A stretch of DNA of 64,000 bases, from assembly GCA_951406725.2 (NCBI GenBank), contig OX597822.1, positions 38,192,001 to 38,256,000 on the forward strand, in the 5' to 3' direction. A program made the translations under genes and the position numbers. Source of the stretch: Octopus vulgaris. Lineage: Eukaryota. The notes under the pieces were generated by a model, which was given only the letters and a program-made list of their open reading frames with translations, had not been told where the DNA came from and did no database searches. Below, in pieces: positions 56,290 to 64,000 of the stretch (the first letter of the stretch is position 1; each line of letters opens with the position of its first letter).

Positions 56290-57410
56290 TGCCCACAAAG
56301 TAAGGTCTCCCTTTGCCTTCCATTTCAATACTACCAATCTCAATGGGTTCAATCGCTGCACCTACCATAGGAACCTTTTCTAATGCACCTCCAATCTCAT
56401 ATATTCACACCAGAATTCCATCTATTACCTGATTTACATTGTCAAAACTACCCCCAGACTTATATTTACAAAGCACCTCCAACACAGCAGAGTTGGCCAC
56501 AAGTCATCCATCTCGACCATTCTACACCACCCAAAACATGTTTTCATTTAAACCCTGAATCCATATGCTTCAAAGTGAATAGTTCATCTTCTCTCTCCAA
56601 ATATACACTCTCTTTGGTCTAAATTCATGACCTCTTTTTCTAACTTGCTCTTACTCTTCTACTTCCTCCAAAATTACTTATTTCCATGCTCTTTTCACAT
56701 CTACTAGCACTTGTACAAATGCCCTTCACACATTCTTCTACATTTCAGCACGCCTCTTTGGAATAACAGCTTTGAATCCCTTCTTCCACCTGTTGCCTCT
56801 ACTTGACCACTACTCTAGTTTGCCAATACCCACATGCAACTCCTCCTTCTCACCTCTACCCAGGGAAAAGACATTGTCCTCCTCCACATGCATTAACCCT
56901 GGCTTTTCACCTGTTATTTTTCTGTAGCTTTTACCACTTCTTCAACATCCTGAGTATTCTACCAAACTATTTGAATTGTTTACCTTTGTTATACACTTTT
57001 CATGAAATTAAAACACTTTCCTCAGTTTTAAAATGTTTTCATATCCCTACATACTTTTATCATATACATTTTCACACACATCAATAACCCCTTCCACTTG
57101 CCATCAAGTTTCAATACCTTCATTTCCACAAACTCGCTCCAACCTTCCTCACATAAATGCTTTCACACCACCCTACTTAATTATCCACTTCAATACTAAC
57201 ACACACACATCAAACCCACCCACCCATCCTTTATATCCAATTCCAGACACTTACACCTTCCTTGCTTTCTAAGTCTTTGCCCCCTTTTTTCTATCCACAA
57301 TGTCTCCCTTTTTCTTATGATGAAGAACTAACACTCAAAACATTATGCATTAAGCTAACTCACTTGTCAAACATTCTTCATTGTTCTTTTTGTTTATTGT
57401 ATTTACACGT
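56290..57410 (+). mobile_element. Highly degraded Penelope-like element remnant
   Basis: C-rich decayed body with a CTSNLIY-like GIY-YIG start near 56384 and a tail (tgatgaagaactaacactcaaaac) related to those near 5050, 16400, 23040 and 30910. Confidence 0.4.
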
Positions 57411-58264
57411 TATATATACACACACACACACACGTTTATGCACATGAATATCTTTGTTTTGATGTTGCCCCATAGTTGTAGTTGAGCATCATACACGCAG
57501 TGCTGTTCATTTCCCATCTTCTGTAAAATCATGTCTGGCCATGGGAAAATATCTTGCTTGGAAACAGGTAAAAGTTGGTGACAGGAAGACCATCCAGCTG
57601 TAGAAAATCAGCCTACATACACACACATGTATATAAACACAAACTCTGAGACAGTGGTTCAAATAAGGGAAATGAACAATTGACTGACAGGAAAAATGGC
57701 ACAAAGACATAAGGAGGAATAGACACAATGACAATAAGAGAGAAATAGCTATAAACATACAAGTGTGTGTGTGTGTATATATATATATAAGCCTTCCAAA
57801 ACATTGTTTTTTTTGGGGGGAGATTTTTCCCGAAAAAATAGTTTCACCATTCCATAGCAAAACCGTTATACTACACTTGGAGAATTTTTGGTTTCTTGGC
57901 ATCTGAAGCAGCTGGAGTTACAATAGTTTGACCAAAAGAACTGGCTATTTGTAAGCAAAAGTAAATATTGAAAATAACACATTTGGCCAAATTTGAGAAT
58001 TCAACAGCATAACATAATATCAACGACACACACACACACACACACACTCAGATGACAGCAAGAAAGAAATGATGTATATATATTACACACTTATACATAC
58101 ACAAATTCAGACAGACACAGTGACAGATGGCCATAATGGCATTGTGTAAGAAAGAAACAAAGAGAGAAAGAGAGAGTGAAGGACATAATGAGAATTGTTG
58201 TTTGTTTTTTTTTTCCAACAGTCTTTTACTCGGTTTAAATTCTAACTAAAATATCAACAATAGT

Positions 58265-58270
58265 TTTATT
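58265..58270 (-). promoter_or_regulatory. Candidate ABCF2 polyadenylation signal (AATAAA)
   Basis: tttatt on the plus strand about 0.6 kb past the stop; the hexamer is common in AT-rich DNA. Confidence 0.3.
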
Positions 58271-58882
58271 AAAACATGTCATTGCTGTGATGTTGTTGCA
58301 CCAATCTTGCATAACAACAACAAACATGCACTGAACACTTGCAACTCTTCATCACATTTGCATGCAAATACAAAGTGTGCACATTAATGCACTAGTACAT
58401 AGATCCATAGATGCTTGGGTGCGTATAAATATATATACATGTTTACTCGAATGTATGCAAATGTGTGTGCATGCATGTATGCTTACATATGCACATGTAA
58501 GCACGTGTATTTATGTCGACAGAAATATGCCTATGCTTATATATTCATATGTAAGCACGTGTGTGCATGTATGTTTACAGATGTAGGAGAACACATGCAT
58601 ATGTACTCGTGTGGATGTTTACATATGTATGCATATGCTTACAGATGTTCATGTACTCATGAATATGCATGACTATACTCATGAATATGCATGAGTATAT
58701 ACATGCACTTGCATGTAGGCATATATGCATGTGTATGTGCATATGTATGCAAAAGTTTGTGCATGAAATGACCACTGGAGAAGTATGGCAATCTTTTAAA
58801 AGGATTTTTTTTTCTGTCCAGCCTAAATAACAATAAAAAAAAAGTAATAAAAAATTGAAGACTTCCTAAAACGAAGTTTTGG

Positions 58883-59005
58883 TTATTTATCCAAATTGGC
58901 CATCTTTTCTTGGACATTCTTGGCCAAATATTCCTTGTAAGAGAAAATGTCTTTGTCCCATTTTGTTATTGTCTGGTTCTGACAAACCCAAATTTCCTGG
59001 GCGAC
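58883..59005 (-). CDS. ABCF2: ABCF2 last coding exon, VAQEIWVCQNQTITKWDKDIFSYKEYLAKNVQEKMANLDK*
   Basis: tttgtAG acceptor, 40 codons plus TAA; VAQEIWVC..TITKW matches the ABCF2 C-terminus; not called in this frame by the ORF track. Confidence 0.93.
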   Translation of the reverse strand, partial: VAQEIWVCQNQTITKWDKDIFSYKEYLAKNVQEKMANLDK

Positions 59006-59777
59006 CTACAAATACAGAGAAACAATAAAACATAGAATTCAGTTAAATCAATGAAAAACTTGTTAAATTCACTGGGCAGTGTCCATCCCCCACTCACACC
59101 CCACCGCTGGACAGGGCCCATTCCCCACACTGACCACTGGACAGGGTCCCTTTCCCTCACTGACTACTGCGCAGGATTTTTCCAATCCACTACAAACAAC
59201 CCATAGAAACAAATGTAGATATTGAAATAAGATCTGTCAGTCATGAATAAAAAATATATAAAACTGAGAAAGTGAAAGAGTGAATCTTAACATGAGAGGA
59301 GGAATGCATGAGTATTTGAGTGAATTTACACATGTTTGAATGTGTAAATGATTATATGTTTGCATGAATGAGTGACTATGATTGAGTGAGTAAACATGCT
59401 CAACTGAGTAAATGAATGTTATAGCAGAGAAGACTTCACCAGAGTCATACTAGGATCAAATGATGATGTTAAACCAAGCATTAGATTAAGCTACCATGTA
59501 AGGGCAGGCAGGCTCCACTCAGCAAACTTCCACGCTGTTCCTGTCTACCAAACTTTACTTTCAAGACTTTGGTCAACAAGTAACAGATCGTAGAGAACTG
59601 TGCGATGTGATAACATCCAAAACCAGATTTTTGTGATGTGAACTTTTTTATCCATAGAGTCATATCAGCATTTATGTCCAAATGAGTAGATTTGAGAAAA
59701 TACATATAGATGAATGAGCAACTGAGTGCAAGTGCTTTTGAATGAGTGAGTATGTGTATTATAGAGCAGTGACTTAC

Positions 59778-59981
59778 CTGAGAAATGAGTCTGAAATCGT
59801 GACTCACAAGAACCATTCCGCCGTCAAAGTCATTAATGGCTTCTGCGAGGGCATCAATAGTTTCAATATCTAAATGATTGGTAGGTTCGTCTAACAGGAG
59901 CATATGAGGACTTTGCCAAGCCAACCAGGAGAAGATAACACGACATCTTTGACCATCAGAAAGATTCTTTATTGGACAAAC
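59778..59981 (-). CDS. ABCF2: ABCF2 exon with ABC signature, Walker B and H-loop
   Basis: 204 nt, tgaAG...GTaagt; LSDGQ signature, [21 protein letters not shown]. Confidence 0.97.
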
Positions 59982-61116
59982 CTTCAAACACAAACAGTAA
60001 CACCATTTAACCCATGTAGCATTCAGATTCTTCTATCAAATGTATTATTACTTATTTACATTGTTTTGAATTAACTATGCATTATTTTGTAGTTTCAAGA
60101 CATTGATATATTTAGAATGTCATTGCAGGATAGGTGTGAGAGGCTGGATATGGCCAGTTAGAACATAAAACATAAATTTGGGGGCTGGATACAACTGGTT
60201 TAACCCTTTAGCATTCAGATTACCCTGTCAAATGCAATGCCTATTTATTCATATTGTTTTTAATATATACCAATATATACTTACTAATTACAATCACCAA
60301 CACCAAAGAAATGTCATGCATGTATAAATATTTCATGTAACTAGTACTGTTTCTCATAGCTCACCCAACACTACATACTAAATTAGTAACCATGTAAACT
60401 GAGCAAAACAATTTTAGAAAAAGTTAAAGTCAATACTAATATACTAAAATAAACACTCGTAACACCTCAATAACGTTGCCACGATTGAGAGTAAGGGGAT
60501 GGCAATTATGTTGTTGGAGTTAGTTTATTACTGGTGTTATTTTATCAAACTTGGAGAAATGAAGAGCAATATTGATAAATTCAGGTAATACTACTGTCAT
60601 TGTTATAAGTCTTTCAAGAGAAGTTAAAAAGTTAAGTAAAAACCACAAGACAGGAACATTTCAGATGGCCCACTGCACAATAATGTCAAACATTAGCCAC
60701 ATATGTGACCTCTGTTTCCTCTGACACCACATGTGACAAGGAGATTAGGCAGTATTCATCACTAATGAACCAGTCAAGTGATTTGTATGTAGAAGACAGT
60801 TGATCTATAAAGGTTCACAGAACAACTCACTTGATTTAGAGAAAATGAGTAGAATGTGGAAGGATAGAGAAGGAAGCAGGGAGAGTACAGAGGGAGGGGG
60901 AGAGAAAGGCAAGCAGAGTATGGAAGGAAAAGAGAGAAGCAAGAGTGGAGGGGAGTTTGGAAGGAAAAAAGAAAAGCAAAGAAGGCAAGAGAATATAAAG
61001 GTCAAAGATTGATTATGTCTAAAGAAGGTGAGAAAAGACACTGATCAGCAGTAGACTAAATTAAGGAACAAGAGGGGACACAAATGGTGGTGATGTGGTA
61101 AGAACGATGGACATAC

Positions 61117-61245
61117 CTGTTGTTGGCCTGACAATCCATAACGACCAATTATTTTCCTCATTTCCTCCTTTTCACGAATGTCTGGGTAACACTTCATCAT
61201 CCAATCCAAAGCGCTCATCTCAAGGTCTAATATTTCTCTTAGATG
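61117..61245 (-). CDS. ABCF2: ABCF2 exon, [43 protein letters not shown]
   Basis: 129 nt, ttcAG...GTatgt; MMKCYP...[14 protein letters not shown] is characteristic of ABCF2. Confidence 0.96.
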
Positions 61246-62069
61246 CTGAACAAACAAAAAAAAAAAAAGATTCAATAGAACAACTTTAACAAAATGAATA
61301 ACTGATGGCTTGTCATGCTAGCTGACCAGCCAGGGAATATTACAGCCACTGAAGGCAGTGAGTTGGCAGAATTATCAGTATCATCATCATTTAACATGTT
61401 TTCCATGCTGGCATGGGTTGGACAATTTGACAGGAACTGACCAGTTGAAGACCTGTTCAGGCTCCTTGTCTGTTTTGGCATGGTTTCTACAGTCAGATGC
61501 CCTTCCTAATGCCAACCACTTTACAGAGTATGCTGGGTGCTTTTACACAGCACTGGCACAGGTGTATTATACGTGGCACCAACACTTACAAGCCCACAAG
61601 ATTAGGGGTGCTCAGCTGAAGAGGGATACACGGGACAGGCCTGTATGCAGCATTTCATCAGTCTTTATGTTCTGAGTTGAAATTCCACCCAGCTCGACTT
61701 TACCTTCTTCCTTTCGGGGTCAATAAGATGGGTACCAGTAGAACACTGCAACTGATGTGATCAGTTACCCCCAACCCTAAATAGCTGGCCTTGTGCCAAA
61801 ATTTGAAAACAATGTTACAGCAAACCAATAAATCAACCAGCTTGCTGACAAACCATAGGACATCATTACTAATTCAAGACAAGGAAACCTTCATTTGTTT
61901 CTTTAACAAAACAGTTTTTTTTAAGGTAGACACAAAATGGCAGCTGACCCTCCTTTCAACACCAACGGACATATTGGAGCAACTATCAAATGTGTTCTTA
62001 TCGAGATATCATCATTAAAAAAACCCAACTCCCAAGTCTCAAACATACGAAAATAAACTGTTAGTTTAC

Positions 62070-62132
62070 CTGGTGATAACGACCAATCTTTAAGTGGGAA
62101 TGGCGCCGAATCAATCCCTCACTTGGTACAAG
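62070..62132 (-). CDS. ABCF2: ABCF2 exon, LVPSEGLIRRHSHLKIGRYHQ (Q-loop)
   Basis: 63 nt, ctccAG...GTaaac; not in the ORF track; fills the gap between neighbouring exons in frame. Confidence 0.93.
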
Positions 62133-62725
62133 CTGGAGAAAAATGGAAAAGCAAAGAGTTATTTAGAAAAAGAGTTTACATGAACAAATTATACAAGACT
62201 GATTTAGTTGGTTCATTCCTCCAATGGAACTGTTACTGCCACTTGGTGGCACAATTCATAAGACTCATTTTGTTATTCTGATAGACAGCATTATACCATA
62301 TGTAAAGATCATCTTGTCTAACCTCAACAACTACATTCAACTCCCTTGCACAGACCTAACTTCATTGATATATACGAGACTGCTCATAATATTACACAAG
62401 TATCCTGAGTAAATCTAACAATTTAAATATATATATTTGTAAAGGGAAAGTATGATAAACACAAGAGGCAGTTAATATCATTTGTACCCTACATATGTTT
62501 CACCATTATGGTAATATGCATCCTCTGCAGTGGATGCTTCCAATTGGATGCTGATCCATAATTCTTCAGGGGAACACTTTGTTGCATTGTTTTTACACAG
62601 GTCAAATGTTTAAAGTTGGACAGGTGACAAGACTTTCTATATGTATGTTGAAAGGGAAATAAATACAGATCAAAGAGAGATAGAGAGAAAAAAAGCAAGA
62701 GCAATACTATAAGAAACCAACTTAC

Positions 62726-62836
62726 CTCACCACATAACAGTTTTAACAACGTTGATTTCCCAGCTCCGTTCGGTCCGACCAAGGCAACTCTGGTGTCAAG
62801 ATCAATACCAAAATCCAAATTTTTATAGATAAAAGG
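62726..62836 (-). CDS. ABCF2: ABCF2 exon with Walker [38 protein letters not shown]
   Basis: 111 nt, ttgcAG...GTaagt, phase 0/0; Walker [10 protein letters not shown]. Confidence 0.96.
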
Positions 62837-63454
62837 CTGCAAACAGACAAATTATGAGATACAGTTAGAAGTTCAAAGACAGGTGAGCACTAAATACAAA
62901 GCTACTGAAACAGATGTATATGGTAACAGAATACATCTAATTTCTCACCGACTTACAGTTTCACTGTTGTTGCCCAGTGAAAATTTAGCCACTGATTAGA
63001 TAAAAGGATTGTTTGAAGGTTATACACCCACAGGAGTCATCAAATTACATGGCTTACTACATGCACTGAACTAGCTTAAAAGGATTCAATTCCACAGCAA
63101 TAAACCAATATCCCCTAACATTTATTAACACATGCCTTTTAGTTCTCACAAGTTATTTTGCAGTCAGTGATTTCAATATGAGAAATCAAATTTCATGTAA
63201 CTTAAAAACCCAAATGACTAAAGTTTCTTTATTAAGTTTGCTTGTTTATATAAAAATATGCAAGATAAAATGAAAGTCAGAGAGAAAGAGAATAAAAGAT
63301 GGAGAATAACCCTTTGCACTTCTGGAAGTTACCCATAATTTTTGAATTGAAAATCCACACAGTCCAGAAAAATGATGAGAATACACACAGTAAATCCACC
63401 AAAGCTATACTTTGCAGGTAGAGAATAAAGAATGTGTGAAGGGACATAACTCAC

Positions 63455-63544
63455 CTTATCTGGTGCATAGCGGAAGTAGACATGTTGCACCATGACAATA
63501 GGAGGTGGCAAAGTTCCACATGATGGAAAAAAGAATGTCAATGT
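63455..63544 (-). CDS. ABCF2: ABCF2 coding exon (linker into second ABC domain), TLTFFFPSCGTLPPPIVMVQHVYFRYAPDK
   Basis: 90 nt between tttcAG and GTgagt on the minus strand; matches the ABCF2 segment [26 protein letters not shown] as I recall it; upstream exons lie beyond the window. Confidence 0.93.
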
Positions 63545-64000
63545 CTGAAAGAAAAGAAAAGGTAGAAGGTTCAAATCTAAGACAAGTTAGAATTTCAGTA
63601 TTTATAATACATCTTTCTCTCCTCCATGAAGTGGAGAGTGAAGTCATTACATTTTCATCAAAAGACCATTCTAATTCTCCATTAACATTGGTAAAAGGCA
63701 ACTGATCACACCAAACTGCTCTCAAACCAACAGTCACAATATTAAATCCAACTACAAACACATAAGATTCAAGACGTTCCCCATTATCAATTTTTCCTCA
63801 AATGTAATTGTCCCAATTAAAGCTGAAAGACTTCCCAAGCCAGATCATTTTCCATTAACCCTTCTATTAAAAAATTAAGTTTCATAGCTATTCCAGTAAT
63901 GATGTTAAATATCAACCAAAAACTAGAATTGGTATTTTCTGAAAGTTACATTGTCTCAGTAAACTTGACATATCTCAACAGAAAACAGTTTCAAACATGA

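Noticed and set aside
59070-59175. Three to four degenerate ~29 bp repeats in the last ABCF2 intron
   Set aside because: Short, decayed minisatellite with no further supporting structure.
59945-59965. Non-canonical ABC signature LSDGQ
   Set aside because: This is the normal second-domain signature of ABCF2, not a novelty.

Overview
AT-rich, microsatellite-saturated animal genomic DNA. The SINE families and the (TA)n/(CA)n/(TAA)n/(ATC)n/(TAGA)n load suggest an octopus (coleoid cephalopod); this is an inference from repeat recognition, not a database result. Two convergent spliced genes are supported. The first is the six 3' coding exons of ABCF2 on the minus strand (58883-63544; all GT-AG, phase 0; the gene continues past the right edge). 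The second is a plus-strand terminal exon at 49618-49802, absent from the ORF track, that ends in an OAR motif (SLSQLRLKAKEH) and so points to a paired-like homeobox gene whose homeobox I could not find in the window. The rest is repeats: several tRNA-derived SINE families, restriction-like-endonuclease (Dong/R4-type) LINE fragments mostly sitting in TAA microsatellites, a ~530 bp non-coding TAA-embedded element, Tc1 remnants, hAT, Merlin-like and piggyBac-like MITEs, a Helitron-like element and a 43-44 bp minisatellite. The most notable unannotated signal is a dispersed set of type I hammerhead-ribozyme-like motifs (stem I-CTGANGA-stem II-GAAA-short palindromic stem III-GTH-stem I'), probably from Penelope-like elements, often inside long inverted repeats that would form dsRNA. 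Almost all ORF-track entries are microsatellite or SINE read-throughs. Repeat boundaries were read by eye and are approximate unless a target-site duplication is quoted.
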